Assembly (NCBI GenBank): GCA_002430405.1
Contig: DJBM01000032.1
Coordinates: forward strand, 861-28,839
Length of the DNA: 27,979 bases
Direction: 5' to 3'
Origin: Actinobacteria bacterium UBA5976
GTDB lineage: Bacteria > Actinomycetota > Actinomycetes > S36-B12 > UBA5976
Below are positions 1 to 10,476 of this stretch, in pieces; position 1 is the first letter of the stretch, and every line of letters starts with the position of its first letter. The position numbers were made by a program, and so were the translations under genes. The notes under the pieces were generated by a model. The model worked only from the letters and a program-made list of their open reading frames with translations, did no database searches and was not told the DNA's origin.

Positions 1-1677
1 GACACAATGCGCGGTGGAAAATTTCAGAATAACTGGCGCATGGCCGAACTACATGCCAAGGAATCCCCAGATCGGGTTTGGGAACTTGAAACTTATGGTG
101 CGCTTTTTGACAGAACTCCAGAAGGCAAAATTAGCCAAAGAAACTTTGGTGGACACGAGTATCCACGTCTAGCTCACGTCGGTGACCGCACTGGCTTGGA
201 ATTAATTCGCACCATGCAGCAAAAAATTGTTTCATTACAGCAAGAAGACTTTGCTGAAACCGGTGACTACGAATCAAAAATCAAAGTTTTTGCAGAATTA
301 ACAATCACGGAAATTCTTAAGACTGACGGCAAAGTTTCTGGCGCACTTGGATACTGGCGCGAATCTGGTGAGTTCGTAGTATTCGAAGCTCCAGCCGTTG
401 TTCTAGCAACCGGTGGCATTGGCAAATCCTTCAAGGTAACTTCCAACTCATGGGAAGGTACCGGCGACGGTCACGCCCTAGCTCTTAAAGCTGGCGGAAA
501 CCTAATGCACATGGAATTCATTCAGTTCCATCCAACTGGCATGGTTTGGCCACTTAGCGTTAAAGGCATCTTGGTAACGGAATCTGTACGAGGTGATGGT
601 GGCGTTTTACGTAACTCAGACGGCAAACGCTTCATGTTTGACTACATCCCACCGGTTTTCGTAAAGCAATATGCAGATACTGAAGAAGAAGCCGATCGCT
701 GGTACACCGATCCAGATAACAATCGTCGTCCGCCAGAACTTTTGCCCCGCGATGAAGTTGCTCGTGCGATTAACTCTGAAGTTAAAGCCGGCAGAGGTTC
801 CCCGCACGGTGGTGTATTCCTAGACGTTTCAACGCGACTAGCTCCAGAGGTAATTAAGGCTCGCCTGCCATCAATGTGGCATCAGTTCAAGGAACTTGCT
901 GACGTGGACATCACCAAGCAAGCCATGGAAGTTGGACCTACTTGCCACTACGTAATGGGTGGCGTACAGGTGGAACCAGACACGGGTGCAGCAACAGGAG
1001 TGCCAGGATTATTTGCAGCTGGCGAAGTTGCTGGCGGTATGCATGGCTCAAACCGTCTAGGTGGAAACTCTCTATCTGATCTTTTGGTATTCGGACGCCG
1101 CGCTGGCGTTGGAGCGAGTGAATATGTAACTGCACTTGGATCCAAACCAAAGTTGGCGCAAGCTGAAATCGATCGCGCATTAGCTTCTGCGCTTGCACCT
1201 TTTAAGGGTGATAGCAAAGAAAACGCTTACGCAGTGCATTATGAACTTCAACAAATGATGAACGACTTAGTCGGCATCATTCGGGTAGGCGCTGAAATGA
1301 AAGAAGCGATTGAAAAACTAGAGACCATGAAAGAGCGCGCAAAACACGTGAGCGTTTCTGGTGACACAAAGTTCAATCCAGGTTGGCATATTGCGCTTGA
1401 CCTGATGAACATGTTGCTTGTCAGCGAAGCGGTTGCCAAGTCAGCCATGGAACGCGAAGAATCTCGTGGTGGACACACTCGCGATGACTTCCCAACTATG
1501 GATCCAAAGTGGCGAGCAATCCATGTCATTACGTCATGGGACGGTTCAAAGGTAAGCACCAAGCGCGAATCATTGCCGCCAATGCCAAAGGAATTGGCTG
1601 GACTGTTCGACGTTGAAGAATTAAAGAAGTACCTGCTGCCAGAAGAACTTGCGCAGCTTGGAATGGGAGGCAACTAA
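1..1677 (+). CDS. sdhA: Succinate dehydrogenase/fumarate reductase flavoprotein subunit (actinobacterial Sdh1, Rv0248c-like); 5' end lies outside the window
   Basis: Frame is open from base 1 (DTMRGGKFQNNWRMAELHAKE). Flavoprotein motifs QFHPTG, TESVRGDGG, HYVMGG, HGSNRLGGNSL, ESRGGH. The N-terminal FAD-binding GxGxxG is missing, so the gene is truncated by the window edge. Confidence 0.95.
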   Translation, partial: DTMRGGKFQNNWRMAELHAKESPDRVWELETYGALFDRTPEGKISQRNFGGHEYPRLAHVGDRTGLELIRTMQQKIVSLQQEDFAETGDYESKIKVFAELTITEILKTDGKVSGALGYWRESGEFVVFEAPAVVLATGGIGKSFKVTSNSWEGTGDGHALALKAGGNLMHMEFIQFHPTGMVWPLSVKGILVTESVRGDGGVLRNSDGKRFMFDYIPPVFVKQYADTEEEADRWYTDPDNNRRPPELLPRDEVARAINSEVKAGRGSPHGGVFLDVSTRLAPEVIKARLPSMWHQFKELADVDITKQAMEVGPTCHYVMGGVQVEPDTGAATGVPGLFAAGEVAGGMHGSNRLGGNSLSDLLVFGRRAGVGASEYVTALGSKPKLAQAEIDRALASALAPFKGDSKENAYAVHYELQQMMNDLVGIIRVGAEMKEAIEKLETMKERAKHVSVSGDTKFNPGWHIALDLMNMLLVSEAVAKSAMEREESRGGHTRDDFPTMDPKWRAIHVITSWDGSKVSTKRESLPPMPKELAGLFDVEELKKYLLPEELAQLGMGGN

Positions 1678-2432
1678 TGGGTTACTTAGCATCGATGCGA
1701 ATTTGGCGCGGTAACAGCGAAGCCGGTCAACTTGAACAACACAAAGTTGAAGTTGGCGAAGGCGAAGTTGTACTCGACGTAATTCATCGTCTCCAGGCAA
1801 CCGAAGCACCAGATCTAGCGGTTCGTTGGAACTGCAAGGCTGGTAAGTGCGGATCTTGTAGTGCTGAAATCAACGGCAAGCCAAGCCTTATGTGTATGAC
1901 TCGGATGAATACTTTTGCTGAAGACGAGGAAATCACGGTAACCCCACTTCGCGCCTTCCCGGTTATCAAGGACCTTGTTGCAGACGTTTCATTTAACTAC
2001 AAGAAAGCTCGCGAGATTCCAGCTTTCAAGGGCCCGGAAAACCTAAAACCAGGCGAGTACCGCATGGAACAAATCGATGTCCAGCGCAGCCAAGAGTTCC
2101 GTAAGTGCATCGAATGCTTCTTGTGCCAGGACACTTGCCACGTTATCCGTGACCATGAAGAAAACAAAGAATCGTTTGCTGGACCTCGGTTCTTCATTCG
2201 TCTTGCTGAACTCGACATGCATCCGTTGGACCAACTTGATCGGAAGCGCGATGCTCAAGAAGAGCACGGTCTTGGAATGTGCAACATCACCAAGTGCTGT
2301 ACTGCAGTGTGCCCAGAACACATCAAGATCACTGACAACGCAATCATTCCAATGAAGGAACGCGTTGTGGATGAGAAATATGATCCGCTGGTATGGCTAG
2401 GACGCACAATCGGACGACGTAAAGCGGACTAA
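1677..2432 (+). CDS. sdhB: Succinate dehydrogenase/fumarate reductase iron-sulfur subunit (Rv0247c-like)
   Basis: Cys clusters NCKAGKCGSC, CIECFLCQDTC and CNITKCCTAVCP. ATG overlaps the sdhA stop (TAATG). Confidence 0.95.
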   Translation: MGYLASMRIWRGNSEAGQLEQHKVEVGEGEVVLDVIHRLQATEAPDLAVRWNCKAGKCGSCSAEINGKPSLMCMTRMNTFAEDEEITVTPLRAFPVIKDLVADVSFNYKKAREIPAFKGPENLKPGEYRMEQIDVQRSQEFRKCIECFLCQDTCHVIRDHEENKESFAGPRFFIRLAELDMHPLDQLDRKRDAQEEHGLGMCNITKCCTAVCPEHIKITDNAIIPMKERVVDEKYDPLVWLGRTIGRRKAD

Positions 2433-2441
2433 CCTCTACGT

Positions 2442-4019
2442 ATGGGGATAACACAGTCAGGGCTACCAATTGATCCGGTTTATGGACCGCAGTCACGCGA
2501 TGGCTGGGATCCAGCAGCTGAGTTAGGCGAGCCTGGCGCATTTCCATACACACGCGGTGTCTATCCCTCGATGTACACGGGGCGACCGTGGACTATGCGT
2601 CAATATGCAGGCTTTGGCACCGCTGCTGAATCTAACGAGCGTTATCACCAACTACTTGCCGCTGGCACAACTGGCTTAAGTGTGGCTTTCGATCTACCAA
2701 CCCAGATGGGCTATGACTCCGATCACCAACTTGCCCAAGGTGAAGTTGGCAAAGTTGGGGTCGCAATTGACACAGTTGACGATATGAAGGTGCTATTTAA
2801 TGGCATTCCGCTCGATCAAGTTTCAACTTCGATGACTATTAATTCACCAGCAGCAACTTTACTTTTGATGTATCAATTGGTCGCTGAAGGTGAAGGCATT
2901 TCTGGATCGGCGCTAAATGGCACAATTCAAAATGATGTGCTCAAGGAATACATTTCGCGGGGAACTTACATTTATCCGCCAGCACAGTCACTGCGCCTAA
3001 CGACAGATATTTTTGCCTATTGCGCAAAAGAAATTCCGCGCTGGAACACCATTTCTATTTCTGGATATCACATGGGTGAAGCAGGTGCTACTCCTGCGCA
3101 AGAAATCGCATTTACCCTCTCTAACGGAATTGAATATGTTCGGGCGGCAATTGCTGCTGGAATGCAAGTTGATGATTTTGCGCCTCGACTCGCTTTCTTC
3201 TTTGTTTCGCGCACCACGCTGCTAGAAGAAGTTGCCAAATTCCGAGCAGCGCGCCGGATTTGGGCGCGCGTAATGAAAGATGAATTTAAAGCGGTCAACC
3301 CAAAAAGCCAGATGTTGCGCTTTCATACCCAGACTGCTGGAGTTCAATTAACTGCGCAACAACCCGAAGTTAATCTGGTTCGCGTTGCTGTTCAAGGATT
3401 AGCTGCTGTCTTAGGTGGAACTCAATCTCTTCACACAAATTCTTTTGATGAAGCGATCGCTCTTCCAACGCAAAAAGCAGCCCGGTTAGCACTTCGCACC
3501 CAACAAGTACTGGCGTATGAAACTGACATAACTGCAACCGTGGATCCATTTGCTGGTTCGTATGTAGTTGAGGCTTTGACTGATGAGATTGAGGTTGAGA
3601 TTCTGCGCCTGATGGGCAAAGTTGAAGAATTTGGCGGCGCAACTAAAGCAATTGAAGTTGGTTTTCAAAAAAATGAAATCGAAACTTCGGCATACGACTA
3701 CGCACTGCAAATCGATAAAGGCGAGCGGATAATTGTTGGAGTTAATAAATTCGCAATTGATGTTGAAGAGAAGTACGAACCACTTCGGGTAGATCCAGCC
3801 ATTGGGGAGCAGCAAGTAGCTCGCTTAGCTGCGATTCGTGCTTCGCGCGATAACACCGAGGTCGCGCGCGCTCTTGGCGCAATTAAAAAAGCGGCCGAGT
3901 CCACTGATAATTTGATGTACCCAATGAAGCAAGCCCTTGCTGCGCAAGCCAGTGGCGGCGAAGTTGCTGATGCGTTACGCGAAGTCTGGGGCCGATATAG
4001 CCCGCCAGACATTTTCTAG
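2442..4019 (+). CDS. mcmA: Methylmalonyl-CoA mutase-family catalytic (N-terminal) subunit lacking the B12-binding domain
   Basis: Motifs [56 protein letters not shown]. No DxHxxG domain. TAACCT lies 6 nt before the ATG. Confidence 0.92.
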   Translation: MGITQSGLPIDPVYGPQSRDGWDPAAELGEPGAFPYTRGVYPSMYTGRPWTMRQYAGFGTAAESNERYHQLLAAGTTGLSVAFDLPTQMGYDSDHQLAQGEVGKVGVAIDTVDDMKVLFNGIPLDQVSTSMTINSPAATLLLMYQLVAEGEGISGSALNGTIQNDVLKEYISRGTYIYPPAQSLRLTTDIFAYCAKEIPRWNTISISGYHMGEAGATPAQEIAFTLSNGIEYVRAAIAAGMQVDDFAPRLAFFFVSRTTLLEEVAKFRAARRIWARVMKDEFKAVNPKSQMLRFHTQTAGVQLTAQQPEVNLVRVAVQGLAAVLGGTQSLHTNSFDEAIALPTQKAARLALRTQQVLAYETDITATVDPFAGSYVVEALTDEIEVEILRLMGKVEEFGGATKAIEVGFQKNEIETSAYDYALQIDKGERIIVGVNKFAIDVEEKYEPLRVDPAIGEQQVARLAAIRASRDNTEVARALGAIKKAAESTDNLMYPMKQALAAQASGGEVADALREVWGRYSPPDIF

Positions 4020-4023
4020 ATCG

Positions 4024-4119
4024 AAATTACTACTTAATTTCCAACTAGCTTACTTTGCTGGAAATTACTACTTAATTTCCAGCAGGCTTATCGTGACCTA
4101 AATTACTACTTAATTTCCA
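4024..4119. repeat. Three exact copies of the 20-bp repeat AAATTACTACTTAATTTCCA at a 38-bp period, with two unique 18-bp spacers
   Basis: Copies at 4024-4043, 4062-4081 and 4100-4119. Internal dyad AAATTA-ctact-TAATTT. The middle copy extends to a perfect 12-bp stem (4056-4067 with 4073-4084). Confidence 0.95.
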
Positions 4120-5872
4120 TCAGTTCAGTTCCCGTTGCGACTGTTGCTCCAACTTCAGCAGTTAAGCCAGTGATAATTCCTGCCTTATGAGCAGTGAGCG
4201 GTTGTTCCATTTTCATCGCTTCTAAAACAATAATGAGATCACCTTGGGCAACTTCTTGCCCTTCTGTTACCGCAATTTTTACGATTGTTCCCTGCATTGG
4301 GGCTACTACTGAATCCCCGCTACCTGCCGCGCCAGATTTTTTGTTGATTTTGCGCGCTGGTTTCTTCGCGCTACCGGCCGAACCGATCGACATATCAGAA
4401 GGCAGAATTACTTCGATGCGTCGCCCATCAACCTCAACTGTGATTGGAGTGCGCTGCGAAGTTTCAGCCAGATCACCAGCAGCGCCAGCGAACGCAGGGA
4501 TTGTGTTGTTGAACTCGGTCTCAATCCATCGAGTGTGGACAGTAAATGGCGCGCTTGGATCAGCTGGCGCAAATGCCGGGTCACTCACAACTGCCCGGTG
4601 GAAAGTAAGTGCAGTAGCAATGCCATCGATTTCAAATTCCGCAAGTGCCCTGCGGGAACGTTCAAGGGCTTCTTGGCGATTTCGGCCAGTAACTATGAGT
4701 TTTGCAAGTAACGAATCAAAATTACCGCCAATTACATCGCCTTTTTCAAAACCTGCGTCTAATCGAATTCCTGGTCCACTTGGCGGATTCCAAAGCGTTA
4801 ATGAACCTGGGGCTGGCAAGAAACCGCGTCCTGGATCTTCGCCATTAATTCGAAATTCTATTGAGTGACCACGAAGCTCTGGATCGTCATATCCGAGTAC
4901 TTCACCTTGGGCAATTCGAAATTGTTCGCGCACTAAGTCAATACCAGCAACTTCTTCTGAAACCGGATGCTCAACTTGAAGGCGAGTATTTACTTCTAAG
5001 AATGAAATTGTGCCATCTAGGCCAATCAAGAATTCACACGTTCCCGCGCCAACGTATTTGGCTTCCTTCATGATGGCTTTGCTTGATGAATACAGTTCAT
5101 CAATTTGGGACTGCGAAAGGAATGGCGCTGGGGCTTCTTCGACAAGTTTTTGATGTCGACGTTGCAACGAACAATCGCGCGTTGAAACAATTACTACGTT
5201 GCCGTGCTCATCAGCCAAACACTGTGTTTCAACGTGACGCGGGTTGTCTAAATAACGCTCGACAAAACATTCGCCTCGACCAAATGCAGCAACTGCCTCA
5301 CGAACAGCGGATTCGAACAACTCAGGAATTTCTTCTAAGTTACGTGCCACCTTTAGGCCACGACCACCACCACCGAATGCTGCCTTAATCGCGATTGGCA
5401 ATCCATGTTCTTTGGCGAATGCCACAACCTCACTGCTGTCTTTTACGGGATCTGGAGTTCCCTGAACTTGCGGAGCGCCGGCGCGCGCAGCAATGTGACG
5501 CGCCGAAACTTTGTCACCTAAGTCGCGAATTGCTTGTGGCGGGGGACCAATCCAAATCAAGCCAGCCGAAATAACGGCTTGGGCAAAGTCGGCATTTTCA
5601 GATAAAAATCCATATCCAGGGTGAACTGCATTTGCGCCAGATTTTTTCGCTGCATCAATTAATTTTTCAATAACTAGATAGCTTTCAGCAGCTGAACTGC
5701 CACCGAGGGCAAACGCCTCATCTGCAACTTTTACATGCAGAGCATCACGATCGGGATCAGCGTAAACCGCCACACTTGCTATGCCAGAATCGGCGCAGGC
5801 ACGTGCCACTCGGATTGCGATTTCGCCACGATTTGCAATCAGTACTTTTTCAATCTTTCGATTGGCGCCCAC
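4106..5872 (-). CDS. bccA: Acetyl/propionyl-CoA carboxylase alpha subunit (biotin carboxylase fused to BCCP; AccA3/BccA type)
   Basis: [51 protein letters not shown] and the biotinylation motif EAMKM. GTG start with AGGGAG upstream. Confidence 0.95.
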   Translation of the reverse strand: MGANRKIEKVLIANRGEIAIRVARACADSGIASVAVYADPDRDALHVKVADEAFALGGSSAAESYLVIEKLIDAAKKSGANAVHPGYGFLSENADFAQAVISAGLIWIGPPPQAIRDLGDKVSARHIAARAGAPQVQGTPDPVKDSSEVVAFAKEHGLPIAIKAAFGGGGRGLKVARNLEEIPELFESAVREAVAAFGRGECFVERYLDNPRHVETQCLADEHGNVVIVSTRDCSLQRRHQKLVEEAPAPFLSQSQIDELYSSSKAIMKEAKYVGAGTCEFLIGLDGTISFLEVNTRLQVEHPVSEEVAGIDLVREQFRIAQGEVLGYDDPELRGHSIEFRINGEDPGRGFLPAPGSLTLWNPPSGPGIRLDAGFEKGDVIGGNFDSLLAKLIVTGRNRQEALERSRRALAEFEIDGIATALTFHRAVVSDPAFAPADPSAPFTVHTRWIETEFNNTIPAFAGAAGDLAETSQRTPITVEVDGRRIEVILPSDMSIGSAGSAKKPARKINKKSGAAGSGDSVVAPMQGTIVKIAVTEGQEVAQGDLIIVLEAMKMEQPLTAHKAGIITGLTAEVGATVATGTELMEIK

Positions 5873-5920
5873 GTAAACTCCCTGAATTTCAAGACTTAAG
5901 TAATTAGTTAACTAAGTCTA

Positions 5921-6538
5921 TTAGTCCCAAAGTTGGGTCCATTCAATGCTCATGTCCATGGCAAATTCGCGCAGAAGTGCCAGAGATATCCCGCCTACTG
6001 CTGGACTATCACCACTCATTCGAGTTATAAATGCGGCGCTTTTTCCTTCGTGCGTGAATCCACCTGCGACTGCTAACGGCTCACCAGTTGCAACATAGGC
6101 AGATATTTCGGCATCAGAGATGTCGGCGAATTCAACTTTTGCACCGGCTACGCCAGATCTCACTTCGCCCGTAACTAAATCTTTAACCCAGTGTCCGGTG
6201 TGAAGGTACCCTGACTTGCCACGCATTTCTTTCCAGCGCTCGATGGCAATCTCTGGAGTTCCCGGTTTACCCAGAGACTGCCCAGCAAATTCCAGCATTG
6301 AATCTGCGGCAATAACTAGTAGTGCGCGATCCTGCGTGACCGTGATATTTTCGCAAACGGACTCCCCTTTAGCTTTCGCTAAAGCGATGCACAAATTCTC
6401 GGTATTGATCGGCGAAAGTTTGGCCGTTAGTTCATCTTCATCAACGTGACTAACTTGAACCAATGGTGTGATGCCCGCATTTTTTAAAAGGGAATAGCGC
6501 GAGATAGAGGCTGATGCCAGTAAAACTGTGCGAGACAT
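5921..6538 (-). CDS. maf: Maf family nucleotide pyrophosphatase
   Basis: VLLASAS..R..LL, ADSMLE, GKP, YVATGEPLAVAGGF. Start moved from 6589 to ATG 6538 (MSRTVLLASAS) to avoid overlapping the epsilon gene. Confidence 0.88.
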   Translation of the reverse strand: MSRTVLLASASISRYSLLKNAGITPLVQVSHVDEDELTAKLSPINTENLCIALAKAKGESVCENITVTQDRALLVIAADSMLEFAGQSLGKPGTPEIAIERWKEMRGKSGYLHTGHWVKDLVTGEVRSGVAGAKVEFADISDAEISAYVATGEPLAVAGGFTHEGKSAAFITRMSGDSPAVGGISLALLREFAMDMSIEWTQLWD

Positions 6539-6555
6539 ATGCGATACGTGCTGAT

Positions 6556-6771
6556 CTAGTAAGGATGTGGCAGCGCAGAACGACGCCAAGTGCCAGGACC
6601 GTGCTCAAATGATTTACGAACGCTTCGATGCGGGGCATTCCATTCAGGGCGCAGTGAATTGCTCGACTTGGTCTGTGCGTTTAGCGCAGCTTGCGCCGTG
6701 ATAACCATAATCACGGCAGCAAGTTCTTGTGGATCAGGCACACCTTTAACAACTTTGAAATCCTGGCTCAC
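6556..6771 (-). CDS. pccE: Acyl-CoA carboxylase epsilon subunit (PccE/AccE)
   Basis: [14 protein letters not shown] at the N-terminus and a W-containing basic tail. 4-nt overlap with the carboxyltransferase stop, which is the usual position for this gene. Confidence 0.85.
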   Translation of the reverse strand: MSQDFKVVKGVPDPQELAAVIMVITAQAALNAQTKSSNSLRPEWNAPHRSVRKSFEHGPGTWRRSALPHPY

Positions 6772-8357
6772 AGCGGGATGTTTCCATGCTTTTTAGGAGG
6801 AAGAATTTGTCGTTTACCGCGCAGCGAGCGAAGCGCCTTTACAACGCTTACTCGAGTTTCATGAGGCAAAATTACCCGATCTATATATCCGCGTTCAGCG
6901 GCGACGTAAGGATTTGCAAACTTATCGTCGTACTCTTCCAAAAGGCGAGCGCGTTCTTCCTCGGGCCTCTTAGCGTCAGCTAGTTCTTTACGGTACAAAA
7001 CGTTAACTGCTCCTTGCGATCCCATTACTGCAATCTGAGCACTTGGCCAAGCTAAGTTGATGTCGGCTCCGAGGTGCTTGGAGCCCATGACGTCGTAGGC
7101 GCCGCCATAAGCCTTGCGAGTAATTATTGTCACGAGCGGCACAGTTGCTTCTGCATATGCGTAAAGCAACTTAGCGCCACGACGAATAATTCCTTGCCAT
7201 TCTTGGTCAGCGCCTGGCAAGAAGCCTGGCACGTCAACCAAAGTAATAACTGGAACATTGAAAGCATCACAGGTTCTAACAAAACGAGCCGCTTTCTCAC
7301 TGGCATCAATATCGAGTGTGCCTGCAAATTGCATCGGCTGGCTGGCAACTAACCCAACAGGTCGTCCTTCCACTCGGCCGTATCCACAAATAATGTTTGG
7401 CGCAAACATACTTTGAGTTTCTAGGAACTCACCGTCATCAACGATTACCTCAATAACTTTATGCATGTCGTAAGGCTGATTTGGTGAATCGGGAATGATT
7501 GTGTCCAAAGTTTGATCATGCTCGGAAATTTCTAGATCCGCTTCAATTTCAACGTAAGGCACTTCATCCATATTGTTGCTTGGTAAAAATGACAATAAGT
7601 TTTTAACGTAATCCAGCGCATCATCTTCATCGGTAGCCATGTAATGGGCAACACCTGATTTAGTGTTGTGTGTTCTTGCGCCGCCTAAGTCTTCGAATGC
7701 AACTTCTTCACCAGTTACCGTCTTGATTACTTCTGGTCCAGTAATGAACATGTGTGAAGTTTGATCGACCATGACAATAAAGTCAGTGAGAGCTGGAGAG
7801 TAAACTGCGCCACCTGCACAGGGCCCCAGCACAAGTGAAATTTGAGGAATTACTCCAGATGCATGTGCATTACGCTTAAAAATTTCACCATACAAACCCA
7901 GAGACACAACGCCTTCTTGAATGCGTGCACCACCAGAATCATTTATCCCGATCATAGGAACACCGGTTTTCAGTGCAAGGTCCATAATTTTGCAAATCTT
8001 TTCACCGAATACTTCGCCAAGTGAGCCACCGAACACTGTGAAATCCTGTGCAAAAACACAAACTTGTCGGCCATCAATAGTTCCGTAGCCAATAATTACG
8101 CCATCACCATATGGACGTGTTTTTTCTAAACCAAAGTTATGCGACCGGTGACGAACTAAACCATCAATTTCTTGGAACGAACCTTCGTCTAAGAGTCTTT
8201 CGATACGCTCCATGGCAGTTAGCTTGCCTCTAGAGTGCTGTTTTACTGCAGACTCAGCCTGCCGTATTACCGCATCCTCACGTCGATTTTCCAAATCTGC
8301 AATTTTTCCTGCAGTGGTGTGGATATCAACGGCCTTCTTGGCTTTATCGGCGCTCAC
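6768..8357 (-). CDS. pccB: Acyl-CoA (propionyl-CoA) carboxylase carboxyltransferase beta subunit (PccB/AccD5 type)
   Basis: [37 protein letters not shown]-terminal [13 protein letters not shown] Shine-Dalgarno before the GTG. Confidence 0.95.
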   Translation of the reverse strand: MSADKAKKAVDIHTTAGKIADLENRREDAVIRQAESAVKQHSRGKLTAMERIERLLDEGSFQEIDGLVRHRSHNFGLEKTRPYGDGVIIGYGTIDGRQVCVFAQDFTVFGGSLGEVFGEKICKIMDLALKTGVPMIGINDSGGARIQEGVVSLGLYGEIFKRNAHASGVIPQISLVLGPCAGGAVYSPALTDFIVMVDQTSHMFITGPEVIKTVTGEEVAFEDLGGARTHNTKSGVAHYMATDEDDALDYVKNLLSFLPSNNMDEVPYVEIEADLEISEHDQTLDTIIPDSPNQPYDMHKVIEVIVDDGEFLETQSMFAPNIICGYGRVEGRPVGLVASQPMQFAGTLDIDASEKAARFVRTCDAFNVPVITLVDVPGFLPGADQEWQGIIRRGAKLLYAYAEATVPLVTIITRKAYGGAYDVMGSKHLGADINLAWPSAQIAVMGSQGAVNVLYRKELADAKRPEEERARLLEEYDDKFANPYVAAERGYIDRVILPHETRVSVVKALRSLRGKRQILPPKKHGNIPL

Positions 8358-8395
8358 TGTTTCCTCCGTACTAGTCCTTCGCCTACCCTAGCGAT

Positions 8396-9217
8396 GTGGC
8401 TAAAAAAGATTTGAGACAACCGCATCCAGCGCTTGATCCTGCTCTTATATTAAGCGAGTTAGCTAAGGGAACCTCAAACTGGCGCGATGTAACAGTACTT
8501 TCTCAAGTCACGTCCACAAATGACGTAGCTCTTGCTCGATTGCAGGAATTCCCAGATGCGCAAGTCTTTGTGGTCACCGCTGATGAACAATTGGCTGGCC
8601 GAGGAAGATTGCAAAGAGAATGGACTAGTCCATTCGGTGCTGGCATTGCCTTAAGCATCGCAATTCCAACCATGCTCCTTAGTTGTCCTATCGCCGCCAT
8701 CCCACTGGTAGTCGGTGTGGCTGTTAACACTTGCTTACTTCGGGAAAACGTAGCTGCAAAATTGAAATGGCCAAATGACCTAATGATTGTGAAGGAATCT
8801 GGTGAATTCGCAAAAGTTGGTGGGATTCTCGTGCAACTTCAGGTTGACCACGTTGTTATCGGAATCGGAATAAACGTTAACTTAGATTTGGCTGAGCTTC
8901 CGACAGAATTTGCAACCTCACTTGCACTTGCTGGAAAAAAGATTCAAAGAGAAAAACTGATTGCACAAATTGTATGTGAACTTGAAATAGCAACCAAGAA
9001 TAATTTGGAAAATTGGCATGACCAATATATCTCCATGAGTTGCACACTAGGCAATCAAGTAAAGGTGACGAACTTAAAACAAGAATTACTCACTGGACTA
9101 GCAAAATCAATCACGACCTCGGGCGCCCTGATACTAGAAACAGAAAATGGCCCAATTGAGATAATTACTGGAGATGTTACAAGTTTACGATCCAAAGAAT
9201 CTGCGATTATTGATTAG
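8396..9217 (+). CDS. birA: Biotin-[acetyl-CoA-carboxylase] ligase
   Basis: STND, EQLAGRGR..REW, KWPND, KVGGIL, GIGINV. Divergent from pccB. Confidence 0.93.
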   Translation: MAKKDLRQPHPALDPALILSELAKGTSNWRDVTVLSQVTSTNDVALARLQEFPDAQVFVVTADEQLAGRGRLQREWTSPFGAGIALSIAIPTMLLSCPIAAIPLVVGVAVNTCLLRENVAAKLKWPNDLMIVKESGEFAKVGGILVQLQVDHVVIGIGINVNLDLAELPTEFATSLALAGKKIQREKLIAQIVCELEIATKNNLENWHDQYISMSCTLGNQVKVTNLKQELLTGLAKSITTSGALILETENGPIEIITGDVTSLRSKESAIID

Positions 9218-9672
9218 TTTTGTTCGACAGTCGCTTCTTGCGCTGGAAATACCCAGTTGTGATAACCCCAGAAACGGAACATAGTTCCTAAAATTAGACC
9301 TACGAAGTTTGCGCTGATGTTATCGGCCAAAGCACTTTCATAACCCAACACATAATGACTTATCCAAAGGCACGACAAAGCAATTACCATGCCAATCACA
9401 TTGAAGACAAAAAACATGGTGTACTGGCGTCGAATCGTTGATCGGCTACGCTCCTTGAACGTCCAATGACGATTGCCTACAAATGCGAAGGTTGTTGCCA
9501 CAAGAACACTCAGGACTTTAGCAGTTAGCGGCCGGTCGAAAAGCACACCTTCACCACCTGCGAAACGTAAAAAATTGAAAATAACTAGGTCAATCAGGAA
9601 GGCAATAAAGCCAATCACACCAAATTTTCCGAGCTCGTTTCGCAAGTTTGCTATCAGATTTTTTAATTTCAC
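9214..9672 (-). CDS. GtrA family membrane protein
   Basis: KFGVIG..AFLID, FVGNRHWTF, FRFWGY..WVF and four hydrophobic segments. GTG 9672 preferred over ATG 9678 because TAATCT lies exactly 6 nt upstream of it. Confidence 0.8.
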   Translation of the reverse strand: MKLKNLIANLRNELGKFGVIGFIAFLIDLVIFNFLRFAGGEGVLFDRPLTAKVLSVLVATTFAFVGNRHWTFKERSRSTIRRQYTMFFVFNVIGMVIALSCLWISHYVLGYESALADNISANFVGLILGTMFRFWGYHNWVFPAQEATVEQN

Positions 9673-9795
9673 CTCCATAGATTAGCCAATGTTCAGGGCG
9701 ATTACGAGTATGGGTGTCTTGATATGCCCAGAGTGCGGTAAATTTGGGTTTCGAAGCAATTTCATAACCTGCTTTATCCGCTAAGGAGCTTTGCT

Positions 9796-10473
9796 ATGAG
9801 CCAGCGCATATTGGTCATTGAAGATGATCAATCGATCGCTGAAATAGTTGGAATCTTACTTAGAGGCGAAGGATTTGAAGTTTCATATTGTGCCGATGGA
9901 CTTCAAGCAATGAACGCATTCACCACGGTGCTTCCAGATCTGGTTCTCCTTGATCTCATGCTTCCCGGACAAGATGGCATAGACGTATGCCGCGCAATTC
10001 GCAAAACTAGTGGGGTACCGATTGTGATGCTGACTGCGCGCAGTGACACCCAAGATATTGTCACGGGCTTGGAGTCTGGCGCTGATGACTACATTGTAAA
10101 ACCAATTAAGAATGAGGAGCTGCTCGCGCGAATTTGCGCCAGACTTCGCACAATTGAAATTCCAAAAGAAAATGAAATTTCAGTAGGAGATTTAGTTATC
10201 GACATTGCTGGACACAGCGTCAAACGTGGTAATACTTCTATTTCGTTAACGGTTCTTGAGTTTAAATTACTTCTGACTTTAGCTAAGCGACCATGGCAGG
10301 TATTCTCTCGCGAAACGCTATTAGAAGAAGTTTGGGAATATCAGCACTCAGCAGACACTAGATTGGTGAATGTTCACGTACAACGCCTCCGCGCAAAAAT
10401 TGAGTTAGACCCAGAGAATCCACAGGTTGTAGTAACAGTACGCGGTGTTGGTTACAAAGCAGGGCTTACTTAA
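9796..10473 (+). CDS. mtrA: Two-component response regulator MtrA
   Basis: LLDLMLPG receiver domain. MtrA-typical PWQVFSRE..LEEVW, ADTRLVNVHVQRLRAK, TVRGVGYKAG. AAGGAG Shine-Dalgarno. Confidence 0.95.
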   Translation: MSQRILVIEDDQSIAEIVGILLRGEGFEVSYCADGLQAMNAFTTVLPDLVLLDLMLPGQDGIDVCRAIRKTSGVPIVMLTARSDTQDIVTGLESGADDYIVKPIKNEELLARICARLRTIEIPKENEISVGDLVIDIAGHSVKRGNTSISLTVLEFKLLLTLAKRPWQVFSRETLLEEVWEYQHSADTRLVNVHVQRLRAKIELDPENPQVVVTVRGVGYKAGLT

Positions 10474-10476
10474 CTC

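Noticed and set aside
2433-2441. Cobalamin riboswitch ahead of the mutase
   Set aside because: The intergenic gap is only 9 nt.
4024-4119. Calling the repeat-spacer array a CRISPR or TIGR array
   Set aside because: Repeat (20 bp) and spacers (18 bp) are shorter than in CRISPR arrays. There are only two spacers, one repeat is coding sequence, and no cas or tas gene is in the window. The dual 9-nt spacer layout of TIGR arrays is not clearly present.
4194-4868. 224-aa ORF antisense to bccA
   Set aside because: Shadow ORF opposite a conserved gene, with Ser/Ala/Pro-rich composition and no recognisable motif.
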